From positions 960,001 through 1,024,000 of the forward strand of contig CBDCXR010000004.1 in NCBI GenBank assembly GCA_965223845.1: 64,000 nt of DNA. The letters are read 5' to 3'. The DNA comes from Planctomycetota bacterium. GTDB lineage: Bacteria > Planctomycetota > UBA8108 > SXIK01. Positions 1-9,825 of the stretch are shown here, piece after piece. Below the pieces are notes generated by a model that saw only the letters and a program-made list of their open reading frames with translations, was not told the origin of the DNA and did not search any database. The first letter of the stretch is position 1; every line of letters begins with the position of its first letter. A program made the position numbers and the translations under genes.

Positions 1-2
1 GC

Positions 3-2966
3 CCCGAGCAGTGGTCCATCCGCCGATGGGCGAACGACGGGATCGACGGCGACGAACCCATCACCGGCAAGGTCGCCGTGACGTGGTTCATGGCGAAACA
101 GAACCTCAACGGAACCGGAGTGACGGGCAAGCTCTTCCACACGACGGGCGACGTCACGACGGAGCTCGATTCGGCGACGATCGCCGGCAACGACGGCGTC
201 GGCGTCACGCGGGTCGTCATCATTGAGAATCTCGCCCCCAACGATCTCATCGAGCTTGCGCACACGCCGCTCGGAGTGAACGACGATCCTCGAGACGGGT
301 CGGACGGGTCGATCAATCGACTCACGATCGGAGACGAGGTCCCGGATACGGACGAGGATGGCGTCCCGGAGGACGAGGACAACTGTCCCACCGTCCCGAA
401 TGCCGGCCAGGAAGACCAGGACGACGATCAAGTCGGAGACGCGTGCGACAACTGCATGAGCACTCCCAATACCGATCAAGAGAACCAAGACGGCGATAAC
501 CTCGGAGACGTCTGCGACGACTCCGACGGCGACGGCGTCTTCGACGCGACCGACAACTGTGTCGACACGCCGAATGACGATCAGGCCGATACCGACGGCG
601 ACGAGATCGGGAACGCGTGCGACAACTGTCCCTCCGACGCGAACCCGGGCCAGGAGGACACTGACATGGACGGGATCGGCGACGCGTGCCGACCCGAGCT
701 CGTCGCGGATTCCCTCGTCGATTGGTCGACGACCGGAACGCAGGGCGAGAAGAACTGGTTCTACGGTTACTACAACCGCTCGGAGGACGAGCTCGAAGGT
801 GACGATCAGTACCAGGCCGACGAGTTCATTCCGTTCACGAACGACGGCGACGTCGTCGTCGCGCCCGATGGCAATCACTGGACGGGAACGACGTGGGATC
901 TGACGACGGAAGGCACCCCCCCGTGGACCTTCATGTCCCGCGACGGAACGCATCCGAACGACCCGGATCCCGAAGACGAGCACTGGACGATCCGGCGCTG
1001 GGAGGCGGACCAGGACTATCCGACGGCCGTCCTTCGCTGGCATCTTCGCAAGACGAACGTCAACTGCGGAAACGGAGTGAGCGGTCACCTCTTCGTGAAC
1101 GGCGAGGAAGTCGACTTCGCCGCGATCGCGGGCGACGACAATGTCGGTGTCATCCGCGTCGTCGTGACGAGTCTCAGTCAGGGCGACTTCGTAGACCTCG
1201 CGCACGATCCGGCCGGACCGGACGGTGCGCGCGCCGACGGCTGCGATGGATCCGCCAACTGGCTTCAGATCGGCACGGACGTCCCGGATTCCGACGGTGA
1301 CGGTGCGAAGGATGATGTCGACAACTGCGTCTTCACCCCGAACGCGGACCAGGCGAACTCGGACGGGGACGAGCTCGGAGATGCGTGTGACAACTGCATC
1401 GACACGGACAACCCGACCCAGCGCGACCGCGACGGCGACGGCATCGGCGATGCCTGTGATGAGCCGGTGATCGCCGATTCGGTCGACGACTGGTCGCTCA
1501 CTGGCGAGCAGGGAGCGAACGGTTGGTCGAACGGCTACTACAACAAGTCGCTCGACGACGACGCCACCTACACCGCCGGCGAGTTCATCGCGTTCGAGAA
1601 CGACGCGGGGCCCGATGGCGGCGACGTTGCGGTCGACGGCAACCACTGGACCGGTACGATCTGGGATCTCACGACGGACCCACCCGCTCCGTGGACCACG
1701 ATCGGCCAGGAGTCGAACCATCCGAACGGGACGAACAACGGCGACGAGCACTGGACCGTCCGGCGCTGGCAGAGTACGCACGACGGCCCGGCTGCGATTC
1801 GTTGGCACATGCGGAAAGCGAATCCCGCGGGCGGCGGCGTCACCGGCTACCTCTACGTGAATGACGAAGAGATCGATCGCTTCGTCATCGCCGGAAACGA
1901 TGACCTCGGCGTCGTGCGCACGAAGATCGTCACGCTCGCGATGGGCGACACGGTCGACCTGTGCCTCGGCCCGGACGGGGCGTGCGGCGATACGGGTGAC
2001 GGTGCCGACGGTTCGGTCAATTGGCTTCGCATCGAAGGCGTCGTCGATCAGGCCGAGAGCCCGACCGTCCTCGCGCAGTCGATCGTCGATTGGTCGCCCG
2101 ACGGCGATCAAGGCGCGAACGGCTGGTTCTACGGCTATTGGGACCAGCGGTTCGACATCGAGGAAGATGACGGGGTCTACGACCCCGGATTCGACTTCAT
2201 CGAGTTCGAGAACTTCGGCGCCGGCCCCGTGGAGCCCGACGGCAACCACTGGAGCGGGACGAAGTGGGATCTCCTCGACGGCGCCGCGCCGTGGACGGAG
2301 ATCACCTGCACGGGTGGACATCCCGCCGGAAACGGTCAGACCGACACCGCCGTTCACTGGGCGATCCGTCGCTGGGAGAGCTCGGTCACGGGAACGATCG
2401 TGATCAGCGGCGTCCTCAACAACGTGAGTGCCAGCGGCGATGGCGTCGTCGGCCGGATCTACCACAATGACTCCGAAATCTGGGCGCAGGTCTCGAACGG
2501 TGAAGCCTTCGTCTACGAGGTCGAAGCGACCGTCGAGGAGGGCGACACGATCGACTTCATCATCGACTCGGACGGATCGAATGCGCTCGAAGCGGGCGGA
2601 ATCGACGCCATCGCCGACGGCAGCGACGGAACGACGTTCACGTCGGTGATCGGCGTGCTCGGTGACGGTCCTCCGACCGTGCAGATTCGCCGCGGAGACG
2701 CGAACAACGACGGCAGCGTGAACATCGCGGACGCGATCTACGAGCTGAACAACCTATTTGGTGACGGCGCCGACCCGACCTGTCTCGAGACGGCGGACGT
2801 CAACGGGGACAACGCTTTCAACATCGCGGACGCGATCTTCCTCCTGAACAACCTCTTCGGCGACGGTCCACCGCCGATCGAAGGAGTCGGCGAAGGAGGT
2901 TTCGGCTGCGGGCCCGATCTCGAGCCGGCGACGACGCTCGGTTGCACTCTCTACGACAAGTGCTGA
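3..2966 (+). CDS. Large secreted protein (5'-truncated): at least 4 copies of a Trp-rich repeat module, thrombospondin type-3 Ca-binding repeats, C-terminal dockerin-like domain
   Basis: Frame is open from the window start (PEQWSIRRW...). It has DxDxDGxGDACDNC TSP3 repeats, repeated ADSxxDWSxxGxQGxxGWxYGY...GNHW...HWxIRRW modules, and a C-terminal [15 protein letters not shown]...[13 protein letters not shown] paired EF-hand-like dockerin. Confidence 0.85.
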   Translation, partial: PEQWSIRRWANDGIDGDEPITGKVAVTWFMAKQNLNGTGVTGKLFHTTGDVTTELDSATIAGNDGVGVTRVVIIENLAPNDLIELAHTPLGVNDDPRDGSDGSINRLTIGDEVPDTDEDGVPEDEDNCPTVPNAGQEDQDDDQVGDACDNCMSTPNTDQENQDGDNLGDVCDDSDGDGVFDATDNCVDTPNDDQADTDGDEIGNACDNCPSDANPGQEDTDMDGIGDACRPELVADSLVDWSTTGTQGEKNWFYGYYNRSEDELEGDDQYQADEFIPFTNDGDVVVAPDGNHWTGTTWDLTTEGTPPWTFMSRDGTHPNDPDPEDEHWTIRRWEADQDYPTAVLRWHLRKTNVNCGNGVSGHLFVNGEEVDFAAIAGDDNVGVIRVVVTSLSQGDFVDLAHDPAGPDGARADGCDGSANWLQIGTDVPDSDGDGAKDDVDNCVFTPNADQANSDGDELGDACDNCIDTDNPTQRDRDGDGIGDACDEPVIADSVDDWSLTGEQGANGWSNGYYNKSLDDDATYTAGEFIAFENDAGPDGGDVAVDGNHWTGTIWDLTTDPPAPWTTIGQESNHPNGTNNGDEHWTVRRWQSTHDGPAAIRWHMRKANPAGGGVTGYLYVNDEEIDRFVIAGNDDLGVVRTKIVTLAMGDTVDLCLGPDGACGDTGDGADGSVNWLRIEGVVDQAESPTVLAQSIVDWSPDGDQGANGWFYGYWDQRFDIEEDDGVYDPGFDFIEFENFGAGPVEPDGNHWSGTKWDLLDGAAPWTEITCTGGHPAGNGQTDTAVHWAIRRWESSVTGTIVISGVLNNVSASGDGVVGRIYHNDSEIWAQVSNGEAFVYEVEATVEEGDTIDFIIDSDGSNALEAGGIDAIADGSDGTTFTSVIGVLGDGPPTVQIRRGDANNDGSVNIADAIYELNNLFGDGADPTCLETADVNGDNAFNIADAIFLLNNLFGDGPPPIEGVGEGGFGCGPDLEPATTLGCTLYDKC

Positions 2967-3006
2967 GCTGAGCTAGTCTCCAGTCCAGAACTGGGCCTCG
3001 AGCACG

Positions 3007-3056
3007 GAACGGGAGCGGTCTTCGCAACGCGGAGATCGCTCCCGTTCTTTCTTGTT
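3007..3056 (+). terminator. Rho-independent terminator
   Basis: Hairpin gaacgggagcggtcttcgc-aac-gcggagatcgctcccgttc followed by tttcttgtt, about 40 nt after the stop codon. Confidence 0.7.
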
Positions 3057-3169
3057 GGCGCGCGTAGAGCCGGTGTATCGTCGAGCTTAGCGTCCGAACC
3101 AGTGCCGCGCGCTCGTTCGGAGAACCCATACGTGATCGCGCTCGTCGCTGGCTAGTGGAGGTTCGGATC

Positions 3170-4153
3170 GTGCGAAGTCGAACACCCGGCGTCGTGGGTC
3201 TCATGATCTTCGTGTTGGGCCCGATGGCGAGCGCGTCCGAATTCGAGCTCGCCGCTGATTCCCACGCCGATTGGTCGGCGACCGGCGAACAGGGGGCGAA
3301 GGGGTGGTACTACGGGTACTCCGACCGTCGTCTCGACGTCGAGTCCGGGGATGGAATCTACGATCCGCAGTCCGATTTCGTCGCGTTCCGAAACCTCGGA
3401 GCCGGCGACGTCGGTCCCGACAGAAACCACTGGACGGGCTCGGCGTGGGCTCTCAGCGACGGGCTTCCCACGACGTCACTCTGGCGCGAAGGTGGGCGAC
3501 CCGCGGCGAATTGCGAACCGGACACTTCCGTCCACTGGTCGGTTCGTCGGTGGGTGAGCTCCGTCGCCGGAGAGGCGGTGATCGAGGTCTCGTTGAGGAA
3601 TCTCGAGGGTCGGTTCGCCGACGGGATCACCGCGCGCGTCTACCAGAATCGACGCGAGCTCTGGTCGGCGACGATCCCCGCGGGGTGGACGGTGAGCCCG
3701 CTGATCGAGGCCACGCTCGAGATCGGCGACAGCCTCGATTTCATCGTCGACCCCGACGGGAGGGGGAACGAAGCGACGGGTGGCATCGACACCGTCAGTG
3801 GCAAGGACGATTCCGCGATGTTTCGCGCGGTCGTTTGGAAACGAAACGACGCTCCGGTTCCACCAGAGTTTCGCCGTGGGGATCCCAATGCCGATGGCCG
3901 CGTCAATCTCGCGGACGCGCTCTGCGTCCTGCTGAGCCTCCACGGGCGGGGCTGTCCCGTGTTGACGTGCCTCGAGGCCGGAGATGTGAACGGCGACGCG
4001 GGGGTGAGCATCGCGGACCCGATCTACCTGCTCAATCGTCTCTTCGGGAACGGTCCGCCGCCTGTCGGAGGTGCCGGCGCTGACGGTACCGAATGTGGAA
4101 TTGACTCGGACCCTGAGCACTCCTTGGGCTGCGAGCGCTACGAAAGCTGCTGA
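3170..4153 (+). CDS. Secreted paralog with one Trp-rich module plus dockerin-like domain
   Basis: GGAGG at 3157-3161 precedes GTG 3170. Signal-peptide-like N-terminus, AADSHADWSATGEQGAKGWYYGY module and FRRGDPNADGRVNLAD...LGCERYESC tail. Confidence 0.8.
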   Translation: MRSRTPGVVGLMIFVLGPMASASEFELAADSHADWSATGEQGAKGWYYGYSDRRLDVESGDGIYDPQSDFVAFRNLGAGDVGPDRNHWTGSAWALSDGLPTTSLWREGGRPAANCEPDTSVHWSVRRWVSSVAGEAVIEVSLRNLEGRFADGITARVYQNRRELWSATIPAGWTVSPLIEATLEIGDSLDFIVDPDGRGNEATGGIDTVSGKDDSAMFRAVVWKRNDAPVPPEFRRGDPNADGRVNLADALCVLLSLHGRGCPVLTCLEAGDVNGDAGVSIADPIYLLNRLFGNGPPPVGGAGADGTECGIDSDPEHSLGCERYESC

Positions 4154-4189
4154 ATCCGCTCGTTCGAAGTCTCGTTTTGCCTGGCGGGC

Positions 4190-5221
4190 TCACTCGAGCA
4201 TCCGCCACTCCGTCCGGTAGTCGAGCCCGAGTTTCATCACGCGTTCGAGAAGCTGCGGGTACGTCCCGCCGGCCGCTTCGAACGCCGCGGACATCTCTTC
4301 TCCTTCCGAGATGTCGGCGTTCGGATTCGCCTCGAGGACGTAGACGTCGCCGTCGTCGGTGAGCCGAAAATCGATGCGGCCGTAGCCGCTGATGCTGAGC
4401 AGGCGGAACATGCGGCGGCTCAGCCGAAAGATCCGCCGCTCGAGCGCGGGAGGGAGATCCTTCGCCACGTCGACGTAGATCTCGTGCTCCTCTTGGTACT
4501 TCCAGTCCCACTTCACCTTCGAAGTCGCGATGCGCGGCGCGCCTTCGCGCAGATTGTCGAATCGGAGCTCGAGGACGGGGAGCGTTCGAGGCCGACGGTT
4601 GCCGAGGATCGCGACGTAGAGCTCGCGCCCCTCGATGTACTCCTCGGCGATCGCGTGCGTGTCGAGCTCCTCGTGAAGATACGCGACCCGCTCGCGCAGC
4701 TTCTCTTCGTTCGTGACGACGGATGCCTGAGAGATTCCGTAGGACCCCTCCTGAATGAGCGACTTCACGAGCACGGGATAGCGGAGGCCGCGCGCACGCC
4801 GGAGTCGGCGTCCCTTCGGAAACGTGACGAATCGCGGCACCTTGATCCGGTGGTAGGAGAGGATCTTTTTGCTCAGCGCTTTGTCGTGCGTGAGCATCAA
4901 GCCGCGCGGATTGCACCCGGTGTAGCGTTGCTCGAGGAGTTCGAGGTAGCTGACGACGTGCTGATCGTAGGCGGCGAACCCCTTGAACTCTTCCAACAGA
5001 TTGAACGCGATGTGAGGTTTCCACTCGCGAATCTGCGCGCGGACCGCACCGAGATCGGTGCTGAGCCCGAGCGGGCGCGCCTCGTGCCCCAGCTCGCGGA
5101 GCGTGCGGAGCACGTCGTACTCGGCCTTCCACTCGAGGATCTCCCGGTCGGAGTAACCCTCGACAGAGTCGGGCGGAACATTGTCCTCGTGCATGAGCAC
5201 GAGAACGCGGAGCGGTCTCAT
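4190..5221 (-). CDS. ATP-grasp ligase, D-Ala-D-Ala ligase-like family (not canonical Ddl)
   Basis: Motifs YTGC, DKALSK, YPVLVK, EGSYGI, EEYIEGRE, GRIDFRL and LEANPN are present. It lacks the N-terminal GGxSxE motif of Ddl. Confidence 0.85.
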   Translation of the reverse strand: MRPLRVLVLMHEDNVPPDSVEGYSDREILEWKAEYDVLRTLRELGHEARPLGLSTDLGAVRAQIREWKPHIAFNLLEEFKGFAAYDQHVVSYLELLEQRYTGCNPRGLMLTHDKALSKKILSYHRIKVPRFVTFPKGRRLRRARGLRYPVLVKSLIQEGSYGISQASVVTNEEKLRERVAYLHEELDTHAIAEEYIEGRELYVAILGNRRPRTLPVLELRFDNLREGAPRIATSKVKWDWKYQEEHEIYVDVAKDLPPALERRIFRLSRRMFRLLSISGYGRIDFRLTDDGDVYVLEANPNADISEGEEMSAAFEAAGGTYPQLLERVMKLGLDYRTEWRMLE

Positions 5222-6384
5222 ACGGAGAAGCGCGGCTCCCCGCGGCGGCGATAGCGCATCGCACGCGCACTCAAGAATACGGCGGCTTCGAGCTTCGTCT
5301 GCTCGGTCGAGCTACGGACGTAGAGGCCGAGCTCTCGGCAGCGCACGAGAGCCTCGTGAAAGACTTGGTCGATCGTATAGGGGTGCTCGCCCGTGCCGCG
5401 GACGACGACGCGGCGGAGCTCCGTCGAGTGGCGACGGAGAAACGCGGCCGCCGTGCGTGCGCGTGTCGCCGGGCGGACGCGCGTGAAGAGTCGCATCAGG
5501 TCGCGGTCGGCGAATTCGCCTCCGTCTCCTTGATACCGGGCGCGCTTCTCGACGTAGTGTTGCCGAAGTGTCGTGCGCAGCGTCGACAGCGGATCGACTC
5601 GCTCCCGCGTTGCCACGGGCGGAGGCGCGGCTCGAAGCTCGCGCATCAATCCGTCGACGTACTCGAGCTTTCGCCGCGCCGGCCAGCCGGCGTAGTCGCG
5701 CCGCCAGCGGGAGCCGGGCTTCAACCACAGCGCGAAGGTCTCCGCGAAATCCTCGGTCGGGTGGCTCTGGGCGTACCAGCGTCCTAGGTGGAGGACGTAG
5801 TCGCGACTGTACGGATTCGGCTGGTACTCAGTGGGGTACGCGACGCTGGCTCGGCCGAAGTGACGCTGCCATTCCCTTCGCCGGCGCAAACGGAACGCCG
5901 CGTCGATCGCGTGCCCGGCCTCGTGGCGGAGGAGGCGCATGCACCAATCCTCCGTGCCGCCTTCGACCTCGCACATCTGCCGGCACTCGAGCCGCATGAG
6001 CCGAGGATGGGCCAAATAGAACGGAATCGCGATTCCCGGGACCCCGTCGGGCGAAAACCATTCCTCGGAGAGCCAACAGTGGGGGCGGAGCGAGAGACCG
6101 CGCGCAGCGAGCTCGCGGTGAAGTCGTTCGATTCTCCGTTCGAGAACGGTTCCTTCGATCGCGATGTCGAGGTCGCAGAGGCGCACGTCGAGGAGATCGG
6201 AATCGGACGCGCTCTCCCACCACCGTACGGTGGACGGCGGAGGGACCCAGCACGCGACGCGGGCGAGCGTTCGAGTGGGCGGGTCGCGCAACTCCGGATT
6301 CATGAGCTCGTACTCGGTTCGATCCGCCGCGTCCGTGACGGCGGAAGCTGCGTCGTGGAGCGCTACCGCCGGTGTCTGAGCCAC
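5218..6384 (-). CDS. Putative zinc-binding metallopeptidase (Peptidase_Mx-like)
   Basis: HEAGH (HExxH) and YAQSHPTEDFAETFA motifs. The stop overlaps the ATP-grasp start (ATGA). Start is uncertain (6384 GTG or 6303 ATG). Confidence 0.8.
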   Translation of the reverse strand: MAQTPAVALHDAASAVTDAADRTEYELMNPELRDPPTRTLARVACWVPPPSTVRWWESASDSDLLDVRLCDLDIAIEGTVLERRIERLHRELAARGLSLRPHCWLSEEWFSPDGVPGIAIPFYLAHPRLMRLECRQMCEVEGGTEDWCMRLLRHEAGHAIDAAFRLRRRREWQRHFGRASVAYPTEYQPNPYSRDYVLHLGRWYAQSHPTEDFAETFALWLKPGSRWRRDYAGWPARRKLEYVDGLMRELRAAPPPVATRERVDPLSTLRTTLRQHYVEKRARYQGDGGEFADRDLMRLFTRVRPATRARTAAAFLRRHSTELRRVVVRGTGEHPYTIDQVFHEALVRCRELGLYVRSSTEQTKLEAAVFLSARAMRYRRRGEPRFSV

Positions 6385-6678
6385 GCAGTAGGGTCCGTGC
6401 GACGTCGTCCTAGCGACGACGCTTCGCTTCGCGCGCGATGGAGGTTTCCGAGCGCCATCGATCGAAGATCGACGCTCCGCCCGGAGAGTTCATCCGCGCA
6501 CCTGCGCATCGGAGCCCGCGACCCAAAGGAGCTCGAATCCGTTCTCGCTTCTCCCGCACCGCGGACCCGTCGTGTCCTTCCGACGCATCCCGTGCAGTGG
6601 TCGCAGGTCCCAGCGTACCGTATGGTCGCGAACGGGTCCACCGCTCGCCCGGGCGCGACCCTCGACGTCGGCGTGCGC

Positions 6679-7440
6679 TCAGACGGCACTCGTTTCGTCG
6701 CCGCCGCGGGCTTCGTCCCGGGGGTCGCCGGCGAGGTCGATGCGCCAGGGCTGGGCGCACGCGTCGATGACCCAGCGGCTGAGTGGAATCCAGCGGCGGC
6801 ACCGATCGATCACGCCGCTGTCGGAGGACGCGACGACCGCGCCCGACTCGGCGAGCTCCGGGTCCGGATCCGGGACGACGCGCGCGGTCCAGTTCCAGCC
6901 CGCGGAAGCCGCGGTCGCCCGAATCAGCTCCGCGAGTCGACCGGAGTTCGAAACCGGGGCATCGAGGAGCCAGAGTGCGCTGTTGGCGCCGATCCGCTCG
7001 AGGTAGCTCCCGACGGCGGTGAGGGCGGGAACGGTCTCCTCGACACGGCGGTAGGTTCCGTGGAGGCTCGCGAGATCTCGCACCGTGCCGTCGTGGCCGT
7101 AAAGAATCGGTGCCCCGGCGAGCGCGCTCTCGACGGTGATCAAGACGTTGTAGCCGTCGACGGCGACGTCGAGTCCGCGGAGACGAGACTCGGGCACCGC
7201 CTTGGCGGCGCGCGCCTCGCTCGCAGCCGTAGAGGCAGTAGCACGCAGAATGGCCTCGCGCTGCCGTGCGGCGAGTTGGAATCGATCGCCGACGAGCGCG
7301 AGCGAAGCTCGGGGCGAATACCCCCGGTCGAACAAACATCGAAGATCCGCAGCCGCGCGACGGAGAATCGCCACCGACGGCGCGCCGAAGAGCTCGCCGT
7401 CGCGCGGGTGAGGGCCTCGATGGCGGCGGCGGTCGGGCAC
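6679..7440 (-). CDS. DUF434 domain protein (PIN/NYN-like fold, possible nuclease)
   Basis: RGYS...LVGDRFQL..RQR, VDGYNVLITVESAL, LDAPVSNSGRL and SSDS motifs. Likely GTG start at 7440 (MPDRRRHRGPHP), with TAGAAT on the minus strand at 7500-7505. Confidence 0.75.
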   Translation of the reverse strand: MPDRRRHRGPHPRDGELFGAPSVAILRRAAADLRCLFDRGYSPRASLALVGDRFQLAARQREAILRATASTAASEARAAKAVPESRLRGLDVAVDGYNVLITVESALAGAPILYGHDGTVRDLASLHGTYRRVEETVPALTAVGSYLERIGANSALWLLDAPVSNSGRLAELIRATAASAGWNWTARVVPDPDPELAESGAVVASSDSGVIDRCRRWIPLSRWVIDACAQPWRIDLAGDPRDEARGGDETSAV

Positions 7441-7689
7441 GAACGGTCTCCGCTCGGGAGGTGGGGAAGACGCACGCGTCGCAGTTGAACGCAGAACCGA
7501 TTCTACCGCTCGCGCCGAAGCGAAACCGTCTCCATCGGCTTCGAGCGGCGCGGGTCGCGGTGCGATGAATCGACGACGGCGCGTCGACGGAGTCGAGGCA
7601 GACGCCCTTCGGCTCTCCGAATTCACTTCCGTCCGCGCGTGCTCCCAGATCGGAGGTCGGCTCGTGACGAATCTTCGGTGGCGTTAGGG

Positions 7690-7695
7690 TAGAAT
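7690..7695 (+). promoter_or_regulatory. Putative -10 element (TAGAAT) for the gmd operon
   Basis: gggTAGAAT about 70 nt upstream of the gmd ATG. The same hexamer recurs upstream of several other genes. Confidence 0.4.
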
Positions 7696-7763
7696 CGGCC
7701 GCGAACGTCCGCCGGGGTCAGCCGGGCGATTCAGAGAACCGCGAGACGGCTCGACGAGTATCC

Positions 7764-8813
7764 ATGGGAACATCTGCGCTCATCACCGGAATCACGGGGC
7801 AGGACGGGTCCTACCTCGCAGAGCTCCTGCTCCACAAGGGATACCGGGTGCACGGGCTCGTGCGGCGAACGTCCGCGGTCGATCGTGACCGCCTCGATGG
7901 GCTGTCGATGCTCGCTGCGGAAGCGGGCGGTGCGGTCGAGCTCCACTACGGTGACCTCTCCGACGCGAGCAGCCTGCAGGCCGTCGTGTCGCGCACGCGA
8001 CCCGACCAGATCTACAACCTGGCGGCGCAGAGTCACGTCGGCGTTTCCTTCGAGCAGCCCGAGTACACCGCGGACGTCTGCGGAACGGGAGTTCTTCGGC
8101 TCCTCGAAGCGATGCGAAGCGCCGGGCTCGACGAGTGTCGGTTCTACCAGGCGTCCACGTCGGAGCTCTTCGGAAATGCCGTAGAGTCGCCGCAGTCCGA
8201 GTCGACGCCGTTCCGCCCGCGTTCTCCCTACGCGGTCGCGAAGCTCTACGCGTATTGGCTCGTGCGGAACTATCGCGACAGCTACGGCCTACACGCGAGC
8301 AACGGGATCCTCTTCAATCACGAGTCGCCGCGGCGCGGCCCCGATTTTGTGACGCGAAAGATCACGCTCGGTCTCGCGCGACTCCGGCGGGACGCGAGCG
8401 GCGCTACCGAGCCTCTTCGCCTCGGGAACCTCGACGCCTGTCGCGATTGGGGCTTCGCCGGCGACTACGTCGAGCTTATGTGGCGGATGCTCGAGCGAGA
8501 CGCACCCGGCGACTACGTCGTCGCGACCGGCGAGGCGCACAGCGTGCGCGAGTTCGTCGAGATCGCCGCCGCCGTTTGCGGCTTCGAGGTCGAATGGGAA
8601 GGCACCGGGACCGAAGAGCTCGGCCGGGATCGGAGGTCGGGGCGAGCTCTTGTCGCCGTCGACCCGCGCTACTATCGGCCCTCCGAAGTCGACGCGCTCG
8701 TCGGCGATGCGACGAAAGCGGAGCGGGAGCTCGGCTGGGAGCCGCGCGTTCGGTTTGCGGGGCTCGTCGAAATGATGATGGCAGCGGATTTGGAGCGGAT
8801 CGACGGGCGTTGA
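7764..8813 (+). CDS. gmd: GDP-mannose 4,6-dehydratase
   Basis: ALITGITGQDGSYLAELLL, YNLAAQSHV, FYQASTSELFG, SPYAVAK, GILFNHESPRRG and RDWG motifs. Confidence 0.96.
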   Translation: MGTSALITGITGQDGSYLAELLLHKGYRVHGLVRRTSAVDRDRLDGLSMLAAEAGGAVELHYGDLSDASSLQAVVSRTRPDQIYNLAAQSHVGVSFEQPEYTADVCGTGVLRLLEAMRSAGLDECRFYQASTSELFGNAVESPQSESTPFRPRSPYAVAKLYAYWLVRNYRDSYGLHASNGILFNHESPRRGPDFVTRKITLGLARLRRDASGATEPLRLGNLDACRDWGFAGDYVELMWRMLERDAPGDYVVATGEAHSVREFVEIAAAVCGFEVEWEGTGTEELGRDRRSGRALVAVDPRYYRPSEVDALVGDATKAERELGWEPRVRFAGLVEMMMAADLERIDGR

Positions 8814-9063
8814 AACAGCGCGGCGATCGGAGGGCCACGAAGCCGATAATCGGACACCATCGAGAGCGAGACGTTCCGATCGTCGATAGAAGAAGAGCGG
8901 AAGAATCGGCGGTGAAGAGCCTCTCGGGCGAATCGACCGGTAAGAATCGTCGCTCGTTTCGCTCGGGGATCTCGCGAGATCCGAATCCGCGGATGTCTCT
9001 GACTCACGCGAGAAGGACACGCCCGCACAGCGGAAAGAATCCATCTTCTGGAGTAATGAACAC

Positions 9064-9825
9064 GTGACGACGCAGCAGCAGGAAGCACAGCCGACATCCA
9101 CCGGCCAGCCCGAGCTTCGCATCATCGGGGACGATGGTTCCCACGACGCACTTCGCGCAGTCCTCAGCACGCGGAAGCCGGGCAAGATTCTCGACATTCC
9201 GTGCGGCCACGGAGTCCTCTCGAAGTTTCTTCTCGATCTCGGCTGGGACGTGCACTGCGCGGACATCGACCGCGGCAATCTCGAGCTGAAGGACGTCCCC
9301 TTCTTCGAGGTGAATCTCAATCGTGAGCTCGACATCGAGAGCGAGAGCTTCGACGCGATCGTCTGCGCCAACGGCCTCCACCGTCTCTTCAATCCGGGTG
9401 CCGCGATCGGCGAGTTCGCGCGGATTCTGCGCCCGGGCGGACGGCTCTACGTCAACGTCAACAACTACGCCTCGATCGATCGGCGCATTCGATTTCTGCT
9501 CTCCGGGTCGATCAACGACATGATCAATCGTCAGGACTGCCGCCAGACGATCGCCGATCCGGAGGCTCACGTCCGCGTGCCGCTCCTCTATCCGCAGCTC
9601 GCGAGCCTCCTCGATTCAGCGGGCTTCGAGACCGTCGATCTCCGGCGCTCCGCGGTGCGCACGAAGCACCGCCTTCTCTGGCCGGTCGCGTGGGTCGTCC
9701 GCTTCGCCGCGCTCTTCCTCCCGCGCGATGCGCGCGAGCGATGGCACGTGAAGACGACGCTCTCGACTCCGATCATGCCGGGAGGCGGATACTTCTTCCT
9801 CGAAGCGGTGAAGCGAGACGGATGA
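9064..9825 (+). CDS. Class I SAM-dependent methyltransferase
   Basis: Motif I ILDIPCGHG, plus FDAIVC and RILRPGG. Confidence 0.85.
   Translation: MTTQQQEAQPTSTGQPELRIIGDDGSHDALRAVLSTRKPGKILDIPCGHGVLSKFLLDLGWDVHCADIDRGNLELKDVPFFEVNLNRELDIESESFDAIVCANGLHRLFNPGAAIGEFARILRPGGRLYVNVNNYASIDRRIRFLLSGSINDMINRQDCRQTIADPEAHVRVPLLYPQLASLLDSAGFETVDLRRSAVRTKHRLLWPVAWVVRFAALFLPRDARERWHVKTTLSTPIMPGGGYFFLEAVKRDG

Noticed and set aside
4190-5221. Calling this gene ddl
   Set aside because: It lacks the D-Ala-binding N-terminal motif and cell-wall gene context.
5788-7488. 566-aa plus-strand ORF
   Set aside because: It is antisense to the peptidase and DUF434 genes, which carry the recognisable motifs.
8791-8798. 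tggagcgg as a possible att duplicate of the tRNA-Gly 3' end bounding a 12-kb island
   Set aside because: Only 8 nt, inside the gmd coding sequence and expected by chance; there is no integrase.
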